A stretch of DNA of 64,000 bases from Girardia tigrina (taxonomy: Eukaryota): NCBI GenBank assembly GCA_001938485.1, contig MQRK01177738.1, positions 1-64,000 of the forward strand, in the 5' to 3' direction. The notes below the pieces were generated by a model. That model was not told where the DNA came from. It worked only from the letters and a program-made list of their open reading frames with translations, and did not search any database. How positions within the stretch are numbered: the first letter of the stretch is position 1; each line of letters starts with the position of its first letter. Shown here piece after piece: positions 1-13,189 of the stretch. Position numbers and translations under genes: made by a program.

Positions 1-99
1 CTGTGGGCATTCTGCGGCACTGTGGGCATTCTGCGGCACTGTGGGCATTCTGCGGCACTGTGGGCATTCTGCGGCACTGTGGGCATTCGGCGGCACTGT
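1..99. repeat. 19-bp GC-rich tandem repeat (CTGTGGGCATTCTGCGGCA, ~5 copies, runs off window start)
   Basis: Near-identical tandem units directly visible. Confidence 0.95.
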
Positions 100-603
100 G
101 ACGTTGCTAAGGTGATCATTACCGTTGCTAGGGAACCGTCGACCAATCAGAAGTGTTTTTAGGTAATCGCGACCGTTGCTAGGGAACCGGGGACCAATCA
201 GAAGCGTTGCTAAGGGGATCGCGACCGTTGCTATGGTAACCGCGACCGTTGCTGCCTAGGCTATGGTGATCGCGACCGTTGCTAGGGACCCAAGGAGCCA
301 ATCAGAAGCGTTTCTAAGGTGATCGCGACCGTTGCNNNNNNNNNNNNNNNNNNNNNNNNNNNNNNNNNNNNNNNNNNNNNNNNNNCTAGGGACCCAAGGA
401 GCCAATCAGAAGCGTTTCTAAGGTGATCGCGACCGTTGCCATGGTAACCGTGACCGTTGCTAAGGTGATCGCGACCGTTGCTAAGGTGATCGCGACCGTT
501 GCCAGGGTAACTGGTTACGTAACCATGGCAACCACGGTAACTACTTACGACCCCCCCCGGGGGGGGGTATGTGGGGAGAACATACATTTTTCCCCTACTA
601 ACT
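100..603. mobile_element. GC-rich subterminal repeat array ending in a Polinton/Maverick-like terminus
   Basis: ~21-bp units (AAGGTGATCGCGACCGTTGCT) and GACCAATCAGAAG units, a C-run/G-run palindrome at ~551-567, then ...CCCCTACTAACT at 603 and an abrupt switch to AT-rich DNA. The minus strand starts AGTTAGTAGGGG, like the AG/AGT-repeat ends of Polintons. No coding part is in the window. Confidence 0.5.
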
Positions 604-619
604 AAAAATTTTCAGAAAA

Positions 620-2510
620 GAACAGAATAAAGTTAATGAATGAACAGATGAGACTCCTAGGATCACAACCCAATCTTTGTCTTTATTGTCATATTCTTCA
701 TACCATTTGGTTCTTTAATAAATCTACACTTAATTTTGACAATTCTGATCTTCGAAAGAATTCTAATATAACGGATTTAATATTGATAATACATTTTCCA
801 TTTCCATAAATGTCCCCCCAAGGTGGATCGAACAATTATGATACTGAGAGAAGTTTGATCACCCTTCCAAACGTTTATGAAAAAAGTCTTCCCTAAATCA
901 AGTTTTTTCTAAAAAAGTTAATCTTCGAACAAATTTGTCCATTGATTTAATATTCTTTCAAAGAAGCAACAGCCTTATAAAGATTTTGTCCATCAATAAA
1001 TTATCATAATTTAAAATCATTATTTTTTAACTTTTTAATAAAACGTGAGGAATTAATGCGTAACTTCTGTCCTCAAGCTACTCTCAAATTGCATACGATT
1101 TTTTTTATAATCAGAGTCATTTAAAGTTAAGTATAATTTATGGTAAAATAAAAACTAGAATAATAAAAAAATATTTTTTCTCATTACTAGTAATAATAAA
1201 TGAAGTCTGATATTTATTTTCTCTGTCATAAAATTGACAATAAAATTATTGTAACTATTCCTTTAATTTTAATCTTCTGACAAAGAAGCATATGACATAA
1301 TTTCGAAACATTTATTTGCTTTTGTTCCGGCCAATATCATATATTATTATCGCATACAAGACTAAACAAATTTATACAAGTACGAGACAAATTAATAGAA
1401 TTATAGAAAATCCTTATTACTTTGACATTCTTTATTGAATCCTTAAAATTTTGTATGTGTCTCTAAGGGGTTATTCTACGTTGAACTTCGTTTCTTCTCC
1501 TTACGTTACAGCGTTACATGTTCTTAGACTTATATTTAGTCTGTGACATCTGGCAACCAAAAGAAAAAATCATAATTAATAATAATTGTTTTATTAATTC
1601 TCTAGATGAAAATATTATTTCTTCTTGAAGGAACTACATATCATGATTGTGTATTAATTAAAAACATTTGCCCTAAAAGAAACTTTCCAATTCTGTAAAT
1701 GTTTTTTGTCATTTAGGGTTTAAAGAATTTTCAATGAAAATATACAAATATTTCGAAATTTAATATTCCTAGTTATAGAAATGATTTTTTATTCTCGCAC
1801 ATTCTATTATTTGTGTTACTGTGTATTAAGAACACTAATATGATTTTCGGCCTTTATTATTACCACAAGTTCATTTGTCCTCAAGGAAATTATTAGAAAA
1901 ACATTCGTAATTTTGCATTACACAGTTGATTGATAATTTTTATCCAATTATCTGAAATTATTAAAACTTAAAATATATCTAAAAATATTTTCTACAAATT
2001 TCATTAGTTAAAATTAAAAGAAACATTAATTATTTTGTAATATTAATTCCCTCTATTTATTTAAAAATTTATCAAATTATTTAAAGTTTTACAATGATAT
2101 TAAATTAAAATATTAAATGTTAATATAAATCAAATTATTGATAAAATGAAATCCGGATGATAATTTTCTATTAAAAACAAAACTCGTCAATCAAAAATTA
2201 TATTTATAGACCATAAATTTCGACAGATCAATCGTCATCTTCAGCTCACTGATTAATAATCAATTCACCTGTATATAAATATCAAAATGATGATTATGCA
2301 ATCAATTGCATGAAATAACGCTAATCAAAAATTCGCAATAAGCTGGTTGAGACCGCCGATTGAACATTGATTTTAGAGTATAAGTGACTTAATTCACAAT
2401 GCTTCACACGACACTCCAAATTACTATCAAAATACTTACACAGAATTTTGAAATTATCAATAATAACATCACATTTACATTTTTTCCTGTTAAGAATTAA
2501 ACTATTCAAT
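620..2510 (-). mobile_element. Decayed Penelope-like element: pLTR (GIY-YIG C-terminus + hammerhead) followed by ORF 5' part up to RT start
   Basis: ORF 2321-2509 IDNFKIL..KINVQSAVSTSLLRIFD* is a GIY-YIG end; hammerhead at 2208-2247; ATG at 1918 MQNYECFSNNF..VLNT; STLGDIYGNGK at ~800 resembles the PLE RT entry motif G..YG.PK. Confidence 0.7.
2208..2247 (-). ncRNA. Degenerate minimal type-I hammerhead ribozyme
   Basis: Minus strand GAG CTGAAGA T GACGA TTGA TCTGTC GAAA TTTA TG GTC; core boxes intact, cleavage site decayed. Confidence 0.7.
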
Positions 2511-4649
2511 TCAAAATCGACGTTGACCAGTACTCACACTTAGCAAGATCTGTGAAATATATAAAAGCAAATCAGTTTTTTTCTTAAATTGATATTATTT
2601 CGGTCAGCGATATATAGGCATATTGAAATGTTTTGTGTTTTTGTATATATTCTCAGTTTTTTTAATGATTGAAATGTATTGATGTGATTTGTTATATATA
2701 TATGGAGCGATGGCGGTATGTGTGACATGTATCGACAAATTGATTTTTTTTAAAGGTCAATGTAATTGAATAAAATATTCAAATTTCTAAAAAGGAAATT
2801 AAAACTTGATAAATTATTTTGATAAAACAATCAGACTCGTAAAAAAATAACATATTAATTAGTTTAATTCAAAATAAAAATTTTCGTCAAAATTTTCAAA
2901 CAGAAAATTCGTAAGAAATTGTGATCTTATCTGAAAAATGAATTTGTGAAATTCGTAATTTTTTTAAAAATTTGCATTCGCAAAAAAAATTAATCCGATA
3001 AAAAACTAAAAAAATTTAATAATCACTCAAATTACCAAAACTCGCTTTGATTGGTTGATCAATCAGATCGAGCTATTTGATTCAATCGAGACTAGTGTTT
3101 TTTAATGTACACACCGGTACGATGACTCGGTATGTCTCGATACCAGCTATACCCAAATCATTACGACTTTTTTGTTTGGGTTTTTAAATTTAAATTTAAT
3201 TTTTTTTAAAATTTAATTATTTTTTATATATTTATATGTAGAAACAGAAAAATCAACAATAAACGAGCAACTATATTGTCATTCATAATTTATCTTTCAT
3301 TGTAAATGATTTAAAATTGATGAATTCGATAATAATTCAATTGAAACTATCTATATGAAAAAAGTGGATGTTTCAAAATAAATAAAAGTCACAAAAATAT
3401 TATAATACAGATTTATTCCCAAACACATATGTAAATATAAATAAAGTTGTACAATGAAACAAAGTTCATAAAATCTAGAATATGTACCGTATTTTTCATC
3501 ACTTGGCTTCTTCAGCTCTCTTGAAGCAACTTTTTTCAAAAAGAAAAATATAATTCAAGATTCCTTGAGCAAATATGCAAAGATTTGTTTTGATCAGAAG
3601 AAAATAAAATCCTAATAGTAAAGGCATTAAAAGTTGATTTACAACTTTTTTGGCTTCATCAATTTAACTAATAAAATTTTCTAAGTCAATATAAATGAAT
3701 AGAAATCTTTCTTTCAAGCAATAAAAATAATTTTCTGGAATTTATTCAGTTTTATTGAGGTTATTTTCTATTTGACTAAAGATACGTTTATTTTACTGTT
3801 GTCGATTTTTTATTAAATTATCATTATAAAGAAATTATTCTTTCAAAAGAAACCAATTTCTAGAAATATTTTGCTCATTTTACAAAATTTTACGGCTTTT
3901 AGTTTACGCTATAAAAGATTTTTTGATAATTTTTGATACAAAATTAAAGTAAGCTAGTGTCAAAAATGTGCCCGAAAAATACCGAAGTAGAAATTGGCGA
4001 CGGATTTTAATAAAATTTAATATTTTATTAAAAATATTTCAACACTAAGTTTTTTCACAGAAAAAAAGAATAAGAGATCAAATTATTTCTAAATGAAATG
4101 ATATTATAGATTTTGAATAATCTAATTTACCGACTTTTTATTTAAAAATAAAAGAATATTATATAATATAAATAATATAAAAAATGAAGAGACAAAATAG
4201 AGATATAAAATACTTAAATTTTTAACAAAAGTTTGAAAGGGTTTTAATTTTTAAAATTTTTATTTAAACTCTTTTTACAGAATTAATTTTTCATATGCAG
4301 AATGTTTTCATTCTTGGAGACTTAGACGGTTGTATTAGTTTCTAACATTTGATCAACCATTCAACACAGGTTGTTAAAAAAATTTATTAATTCGAAAAAT
4401 TTGTTGACATGAATAAAGAATATTTTTATTATTTATAACATGTTTTCATTTCTAAAACATTCCAATTTTATACATATTGTAAAAATACATATATTAAAAA
4501 ATAAGATAATTTGAATAATTAATTATGTACTTGTAAATTAATAGATTAATAATAAATTGTAATTTAGTAATTTAGTGTTAACCCTAAACCTTTGTTTATA
4601 TGCATTATTTCGTCATGATTTCATCATATCATTAATTCTAATATTCTTT

Positions 4650-5763
4650 TGCAAAATGACTGATAGCAGTCCTTACTATTTGGAATATCGTTTAATGACT
4701 GCATTCTGAAACCACAAATATGGCAGTACTGTTAGGTGAGTGAAGAATAGGAAGAGAAAATTAAGGAAAAAATTTGAAGGCGAACCTCCAGATACCAGAG
4801 TTATTCAGACATTGGAAGAAAAGTTATTTCAGCCCGGTTCCATTCTGGATTTACCTCGAGGTGGGCGTCCCACAGAACGAGATGATGATTAAGACAATGT
4901 GGAACAGTCACTACAAACGAAACCATGTTTGTGTTTACGGCAGCGAGCTGAAGAACTGGATATCCCTACAAAGACACTTCACCGCATAATAAAAGAAGAT
5001 CTGGGTTACAAGTGCTGGAAGCCAACGAAGGTGCAGTACCTCAGTGAGGAAGACCATTTCACTCGTGTGCAGTGTTATCAACAGATCTTGTCGAAATATA
5101 ACAACAACACAAGACGCAGCAAGATTTTCTTCACATATGTCGCTTTGGTCCAAGAAAAACCCTTATTTTTCGGAACAAGTGCAGCAGCACCAACCATCTG
5201 TAATGGTTTGGGCTGCAATTTCAGCTTCACATTTGATTGGACCGTTCTTCATACATGGATCTGTTACATCTGTGTCTTACCTCGACATGCTAAAGTTAAA
5301 ATTTGTTCCTGCTTTACAACGTAAAGGCATTCTCCTGTTCTCTCCCTTCCAGCAGAATGGCGCGCCTGCTCATACCGCTCACGCAACAAGAGACTTCCTT
5401 CAGCAGACTTTTCAGGACAGATGGGTTGGCAAATATGGACCAACGCCTTGGCATCCACGGAGTCCTTTGACCTCCTTCGATAATGTCCTGTGAGAATTCT
5501 CAAACCAAAGATATCGGCTCACAAAGCTGCCAATGTTGACGAGCTGAAAGCAGCTATTACAGCTTCATTTCCTGACTTCCATCAAAATGTACTGGAACGA
5601 ATCAATATGGAACCTTCCGGCGTATCCACCTCTGTGTTGCACATGACGGTTTACAGGTAGAGACTTATGACATTTGATTCCTGCCATCATGTGGTCTTCG
5701 AATAAAAGTTTTTACCTTATTGCCTTAAGTTGTTCTACTCGTAGGGACTTATGACACACTATG
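4650..5763 (+). mobile_element. Tc1/mariner DD41D (rosa/VS-type) transposon, frameshifted
   Basis: VMVWAAIS..IGPFF, FQQ(N)GAPAH, RWVG..PWHPRSP-LTSFD; 40 residues plus one deleted D between 2nd and 3rd catalytic positions; right TIR-like end ..CTTATGACACACTATG followed by TA. Confidence 0.85.
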
Positions 5764-5852
5764 TATATATATAACAAAAATCATTGATCTACTAAATTCG
5801 TTAGACCTTGCATAATATCCTGATCCATCACGCTTTTTCTAGATATTGTAAC

Positions 5853-6355
5853 TGTGAGGAATATTTTAAATTGTTTGAATGTGTAAATGTATGGATGCTG
5901 TATATTGATTTAAGTATGTTGAATTTAGAATGGTGATTCTCCCACCCAGATGGAAATTGGTTTTTTTATTTAAATTTAAAGTGATTGACTATTCGAACAT
6001 AATTAAAATAATCATTTGATAAATTCATATTTTAATTTCACAATTAAAATTAAGTTTAATAATTTTTAGTAAAATTTAAATTAAATGCATTTTTAATAAT
6101 TTGATGACATTTTTATTTTTTTGGGATTTATTGAGAAATTGTAAAAATTATTATTTTTTAGTTAATATTTTTTAGAGGTTAAATATTTTAAAGAAATAAC
6201 TTAGAAAAATTGTTCGAATAATCATGATTAAAAACAGAAATAAAAAAACCAATTAGAAGGATGACAAACGATGAAAGATTTTCTGAGAGTCATAATGACC
6301 CTAAATGTGATTGTAATAAAAATTCAAACGGGACTTGTTTAAATGTTCTTAATAG
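5853..6355 (+). mobile_element. PLE pLTR/ORF-start fragment
   Basis: VRNILNCLNV* ORF end, CTCCCACCCAGATGGAAA box, AT spacer, CAATTAG-AAGG-ATG(6261) MTNDERFSESHNDPKCDCNKNSNGTCLNVLN; homologous to copies at 39545, 41291 and 62148. Confidence 0.65.
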
Positions 6356-8049
6356 TAATCAAAATAACTATTACAACAAAACTTAAAAACATGACTTGAT
6401 AAACAAAATAGCAAAAAAATTCAATTATCATTTATCGAATCACATCTTGTCGAAACAAATTAACTGTCACGTGTATTATAAATTCGGTCAAATAGATTAA
6501 TTTCCGCTCCACCGTTATTTAAAAAAATCAAAAATTCAAATCAGGAAAACCAAAATGCATAAATACACAAATTGAAACCAGAACTATTTTTCAGTCAATT
6601 AATTAAAAATGTCGATAATTAAAAGTAGATAATTAAAAATGTGATTTCAAATTCTGGCCAAGCTCGATCTGATTGGCCAACCAATCAGAGCCATTTTAAT
6701 CACTCAATATATGTATCTCCAACAACTTTCTTCTCTCTCTTAAACTGTCTCACGAATATACAATCCTTCTGTGATAATAAAAGGACTCAATGAATCATCA
6801 ACAAATTTAAAATGAAAATTTCTCAATTATTATTTTTTTAATTAAATTATTTCTTTTTTACTTTATTTAATTATTTTGAATCATTTTTATTTAATTTAAT
6901 TATTTTAGCTAGCCAATTTTAAATTTTGAATCGACGCGAAAAGAGTTTCACTGTCATTATCATTTAAATACAGTTTTTTAGCTTTAATTCCATTTAAGAT
7001 ATAATTTTATTTTGGAGATGTTTTTCCAAAAAAAACCAAACGTTCAACGCAATAATTAATATAATACTGAACAGAATTTCACCAGTTATTAGGTTTATTT
7101 AAGTGATTTAAATCGATAATTCCGTTGCTATAGTGAACAATAGATGTTTCTATAACATCCATCTTTTTTATAATTCAATTGTTTTCAAATTTTTGCAATT
7201 ATCAATCAAATACCCAAAACTCAATACTTTTTTTTCAAAATTTTTATTTTTTATTCAATTTAGATATAATTACAATTGATGCAGTTAAAAAACTGCAATT
7301 TAATCAATATATATATATATATGTGTAATATAAATTTTTTTACAAATTTATTTTTACATACACGCAGACTCGTTCACAAAAGACATACATCACAATCATA
7401 TTTAATAATTGATTTTTAAGTCATCTTAAGAAATCGATATACACACAAATGTTTATAATTAATTGATTCATTAATTTGAATCTTACATATTAAACTATAT
7501 AATATTTGTATATTTCTATATAAAAGATAAAATCAAAGTGTCAATTGTCATTCAAGATAGATAAAAGATTTGAATATTTCGATTAATAACTTTATTTAGC
7601 AAAAAGCAACATTCAAAATTATTATATTATAAATATACATAACAAAAACATATAAATACAAATAAGAACTCAACTCAAATTCCGAAAAAAAATTATTTAT
7701 GGAATTGTTATGAAAATGTTAAATTACAAGACCAAAGATTTAGAAACAGAAACTTGTATTCATGATACTATTTTTTTCTCCAAACAATTTTAGGATACTT
7801 TTTTAATAACTTTCTTCTTTTAACTCAATTTATTTATCTTAAACATCAGTAATAAGAGGGCGTAGTCTAATGAGAATCAACAAAAATCATTTTAATTATC
7901 TAAATGTAGTTCAAATTTACGAAATAAGGAAAGTAAACATTTAACATGCTGTATCTTATTTGCGTATGTTAATTTACATGGATACGTTCATTAAGTCACA
8001 GGTCTGAAGAAGGAACCAATCTTTTCTACAATACCGAAAAAAATAGTTA

Positions 8050-8605
8050 ACGTATTCCATTCAAAATTCCTCAAAAAATTCATGAATGAAGAAGAGAAAA
8101 GCAACGAAATTAATTAATAAACAATAGCTAAGAATCCATACCAATCACTTTTCTATGTATACTCCATCAACCGCTATTAACTTTCTTCAGTCTAGCTAAG
8201 TCATCATGTGCATTCATTAATCTAGCATGATCTTACTTAAAACTGCACACATAACCTTTTCATTTTTAATGTAATTAATTTTGGAACAAATCGAGATTAA
8301 AACTTTTGATTATCCAACTTTGAAGTGATGTTGTTGCAAGAGCCAACGGAAATACATAACTTCTCAGTCAAAGTTTAAATACATTTATGCTGTCGCATAA
8401 ATGACTCACATTTTGAAGTATAGTTCTCGGTAATCTCTAATGACTATCTCATATTTAAAAAAATCATAATGCTCAGATCGCCTTCTTGTCTTCCATTATG
8501 AGTATTAAGAACACAATTTATTTTCATTACAATATGAATTACCTTTTAAATAACTCTCAGCCAAGCTTTCAGAATTTGACATCGTTCTAAATTGATAAAT
8601 TATGC
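8050..8605 (-). mobile_element. PLE ORF 5' fragment
   Basis: TTTAG-AACG-ATG(8582) MSNSESLAESYLKGNSYCNENK..VLNT followed by decayed coding-like sequence. Confidence 0.6.
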
Positions 8606-9247
8606 AATATCACAAAATATTTTCTACTTCCTCTTATTCAGTATTAAATCAAATTCTATTACACTTCGATATTCTACAACTACCATTTTTTCTGGAGTTA
8701 AAATAAAAATTTCAAAGAAACATATAGACATTCTCTATATTAAATTTAGTTTGTGTCATAAAATAACTACTTGATAGTGTTCTAAATACCACAAAATAAT
8801 TAGCTTTTCAATCCTCTTATCTTATCTGAGTTAGTTTTGATCGAACCACCATTTCTATATAAAACTCATACTTTTCTCTCCATACATCTGCTAATGAGCC
8901 ATCAAGTTTTTAGAGCCTATAATGGTCTTCAAAATGTATTTTCCTTTGTTAAAAGAGCCAAAAAACGGTCAGTGATAAATCTGGACTGTATGGAAAGTGA
9001 TTCACAAGTGTTAGTCATGTAGCTTCAATTGTAGTACTTACATCACTTACCATGGGCAGTGGTGTATTAACTTCCAGAAGTCACGGTGACATGTTCTTTT
9101 GGTTTCTTCTTTGTCTGACCATAATATGATATAATATAATATATTATAATATAATATTATATTATATAATTTTTTTATAATATAATATAATATGATATAC
9201 TATTATATAATATAATACAATATAATATAACATTATGTACTATATAA

Positions 9248-9765
9248 TAGCGATTCCAAACCTTTTCTTGATCGCAGACCGGTAAAATTATATAATTAAT
9301 TCTTTGCGGACCGGTTAGCATATATTTAATATCTTACTTGATGCATATTATATAGTTATTATATATACACAAATTTTATTTAAACATTACATTAGGACAC
9401 AAAATACAACACAATACAATCAGATCGATTCAATGTGAAATCTGCTGCTGCTTTTTATTTAAAATCTTCTCAAGGCGCGGCAGTAAAGATGTTTTAGATA
9501 GTCACAGAGCAGCATTTACTTGAAGTCGATTTCGATATTTGGTTTTAATAGCCGCCATGAAACCTATTTGAAACTATTCTTTTTTACTTCAGATTTATTA
9601 TTTTGAAATGATTTTTTATTGAAATGATTTTTCTATTTGGAGCTGAATTCTTGTCTTCAGTTAAAATTTTGCCAACTTTATATTTTGATTTAAAGTTCAA
9701 ATTGTCAAAAATAATTTACATGGACTGGTAGAATTCTACTGCGGACCGGCGGTTGGGAATCGCTG
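9248..9765. mobile_element. hAT non-autonomous element
   Basis: TIRs TAGCGATTCCAAACC / GGTTGGGAATCGCTG; 8-bp TSD CTATATAA / ATATATAA. Confidence 0.8.
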
Positions 9766-9969
9766 ATATATAATATGATGTGATATATTCAAAATTATAT
9801 ACACTTTTTATAGTTGTTTTATTAAATATTAATATTTGATTACCGAAAGCGATCAATCAACTTAACAAAAATAAAGCAAAATATTTATTCCTGCAGAAAA
9901 TAAATCAAAACTATAACAAAAAATATATAACTGCTTAAAGGAAGAAATAAATACTTTCAATCTCGAAGC

Positions 9970-11057
9970 TTCAACCCGATGTCAACCTTTTAGCGTTCAT
10001 AGAGTAATTGTAAAATTATGAAGGATTTCTTTTAATTATACCTAATTAGAAAATAATAATATTAACATCCCGTTGTTTGGGTGAAAAGCAACTTTTAATT
10101 TTATATTTAATTAAAAATAAATTTTGATTTTGAAGAATCTATGAATCAGAATCTTTAATTGCGTCAACCGAAACAATTTATTATGATAGAGTTTGCTAAA
10201 GCGAGGACTTTCCCAAGTGTTCAGAGGTTGACAGTGACAAATCGCGCCTTGGCGGAGACCAAGTCAAGCAAAAGGGTTCGTATGATTTAATCAGAAAAAG
10301 TCGAAAGAAATTTGCCATTGATAAATAAACGAGTTTTAGTTTTCTGCAAGATTTATGTTTTTGTGAGAGTTTCAGTTGTACAAAAAGTTAACAAACATCA
10401 AATGAAAATAGATTTATTCTTTGAATTTGCCATTTAATGCGTAAAGTAAACAAAATTAATGAGCTTATGCAAATCTCAATCTTGTTTTTCTTTAATAAAG
10501 TTTCCAAAAAAAACCTCATTCATATTAATTCCTTTTTGTTATTATAATTTTTTAAAAATATTTTAAATGCTTTTTGACACTTTTGTATTTGTTGGCGAGA
10601 AAGTTTTATTTTTTTCTCATTTGTCTCGTAATGAGTAAAATTATTTCTTTAATAAATATTTTTATTAATTTTAATTGGTTTTTAAAATTTGAAATCAAAA
10701 ATATATTATTTTTCAAAAAAGGTTTGAAATAACAATTTGAAACCGAATAAATCGGCAAAACAAAAATCTCTTGATGTGATTCGAATGTTGATAAAGAAAT
10801 TAAATGTTCCGATCGATGTTGGTCTTTTATCTGTCAACATTATTGCGCCACAAAAACAAATTAACTCAATCAAACGAAAATTATTGAGTTATTGTGAGAA
10901 TATTTTCTCAGAGGTGCCGCAAGAGCACGATTTAAAGATCAAGGCAATTTTTAAACCGGAAAATTATGATTTATTCAAAGAAAATTTTGAAACGAAATGC
11001 ACCATCGAATTACAAAAAAATGCAACAACAAAAGTCACTAACAAAAACCATGCATAA
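9970..11057 (+). pseudogene. SBDS/Sdo1 ribosome-maturation factor-like relic or diverged paralogue
   Basis: ORF 10737-11057 KPNKSAKQKSLDVIRMLIKKLNVPID..IKRKLL..KIKAIFKPENY resembles SBDS domain II end and domain III (KxNKSxKQQALEVIKxL). 10140-10370 STETIYYD..SEDFPKC..QVKQKGSYDL..RKK resembles the N-domain but contains stops. Confidence 0.6.
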
Positions 11058-11139
11058 ATCATTCAAATGAACTATTATTAGTATGTTAAAACAGCTACTT
11101 TTAAAAGTGTAATCAATACACATATTCAAGGAACAAGTA

Positions 11140-11262
11140 CAAAAGTTCCCGAACTCTTTTCACTCATAGACCCCTTACCATAATTTTCGGTTTTGGGTAG
11201 ATCCCCTGCTAAGAAAAACAACAGACCCCGAATTTTTTTGTAGACCCCTTTGGGAACCTATG
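11140..11262. mobile_element. Tiny hAT MITE
   Basis: TIRs CAAAAGTTCCCGAA / TTTGGGAACCTATG; TSD AACAAGTA / AACTAGTA. Confidence 0.7.
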
Positions 11263-11585
11263 AACTAGTACTTCTCTTTCCTATTGTGTCAAAGGCTTTA
11301 TGGAATCAACCATATGGATAGCAATTGTAATTGTAATGAAAAATTAGAGCGAGTGGATCTCTATCTTCTATTAACTAAATAAATTAATAAACACAAAATA
11401 ATCTGGAAAATTTATTATTTATGATTAACATAAGGTTGTTTCAGGATTGTTGGTATTAGTGGTATGAAATAAATAGATTGTTTTCCGGAGTTTTAAATCA
11501 GCAATAAGTATATTTCCGTACAAGTAAAAATGTGTCAATTGAAATCATCAACATGAGATTTGCTGAACAAATGTTGATTCCATGT

Positions 11586-11880
11586 TTAGACTGCTAGTAA
11601 ACATTCATCGGGTGAAAACCCACTATGTGATTGGTTTAGTTGTCGGTAGTTTGATGGAAATTCGTCGGCGAGAGTGCCATGTGAGTCGAATTTCCAGTAC
11701 CGACTAAACCAGAAAACCCGATAAATGATTATTGCTCCGGTTGGATGCGTCGCAGCTAATGTTAGGGAAATCAATTTGTTGATTTTCTCGATGCGGTAAA
11801 AATCCGCTGACATTGACTGGTACGGGATACTTACATATTCGATTGGGACGGTAGAAATCTATTATTTCGACCTATGGTCG
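11586..11880 (-). pseudogene. WD40-repeat gene fragment (tentative)
   Basis: GC-elevated island; LAATHPTG and GFSPDECLLAV resemble the WD40 FSPDGxxLAV motif; stops at both ends. Confidence 0.35.
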
Positions 11881-12074
11881 ACATATTATGTGTTTGCATA
11901 GTGGTACAGGTAACAACATACATAAAAATAACGTTGTCGTGCTTTAAACAAAACATACTCACTTGTTACAGGAAATGGAAGACTGATTAATTAAATTAAA
12001 CTCTTGATAAAATTTACACACAAAAATTCGAATTATCGGTATGACATGTTGTAATTATCATTTTAAGAAATAAT

Positions 12075-12650
12075 TACTGTTTCGATTCCATTGAAATCAG
12101 TTTAAAGATATTTGAGTCGTAAAAACGAGAAATTATGAAATTGTCGAATAAAGTAAATGAATTAGAAGAAACAAATGCGTTTTTAATGACGATTTTGGAA
12201 AAATAGCAAACTCTTCCACCAGTTTTCGATCCGAATTTACTGAGTAAAGATAAAGCTATAGAGAAAGAATTCTCAATCAAATCGATGAAAGAAAAAACAC
12301 TAGAATATCGATTCGACACATTGCGAAACGACACTAAACGACTCATTCGTAGAAAATAAGAATCGAAAATCATATCGATGGTCATCAGATTCTTCATCCT
12401 TCAAGAAATTTGATTACCTTTCCGAGCGATTTCAAAACGTTTCTATTTCCACCGAAACGAGACCCGAATGTTGTCCGGTGCGATCGAATTTGAATTTGAT
12501 GAGTTCTGGCGGATTGTGTCCCGTTAAGCGAATCAATTTCATCCAATACGGCACTAATGCGATCCGAATCTGAGGGTCTCCAACGTCGTATTTCGGATAA
12601 ACAACATATCGTCTCCAAAGAGGACTATTTGAATTTCATTGAATTGATTA
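12075..12650 (+). pseudogene. Decayed coding fragment with coiled-coil stretch, unknown gene
   Basis: KREIMKLSNKVNELEETNAFLMTILEK heptad-like run, CpG-rich coding-like composition, several stops/frameshifts. Confidence 0.35.
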
Positions 12651-13189
12651 AATCAATCAATAATTTAATATATATTGTATAAAATAATAATTGTAACCGG
12701 TATCAGATGAGTATTTAGATTAGTCAGATATAGGCGAATCGTTATTCTCATTCGGATGTCGTAGTCAATAGTAAATTGTCAAAGGTAACACGCAGTACTA
12801 ATGAAGCAAAAAAAATTTCAGGACAAAAGTCGGTACATAATAACGAATTTGAAGTTGAAAATCGTTGAATAATGTCTCTCGTTCAGGCGATATTCATATT
12901 CATTTCATTTAATTATTTGTGATTGATTTTTTTAAATTGACTTTCAAATTTAAATAATTAATTAAATAATTATATTGCTAATGGTAATAACATTAATGAT
13001 AATAATAACCATATAGCAATAATTATTTTCTGGCACGACAAATAAGGTATTGTTTCTAAATAGATTTGGTTTTTATCGAAATTCGCTTTATTCATAAATC
13101 ATTCAGTAAAATTTATTTTTGTCTTAATTGATTTAACTTCGTCTTCACAATAACTAATTTTCACTAAACAAATATTCATAACCACTAAA

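Noticed and set aside
1-540. CRISPR-like appearance of short repeats
   Set aside because: No unique spacers, no cas genes, eukaryotic context.
282-605. ORFs 282-587 and 423-605
   Set aside because: Translations of the 21-bp tandem repeat, one spanning an N-gap; no coding evidence.
7998-8052. Possible hammerhead CTGAAGA..CCGAAA
   Set aside because: Stem II has only 2 bp and stem I is unconvincing; at most a very old relic.
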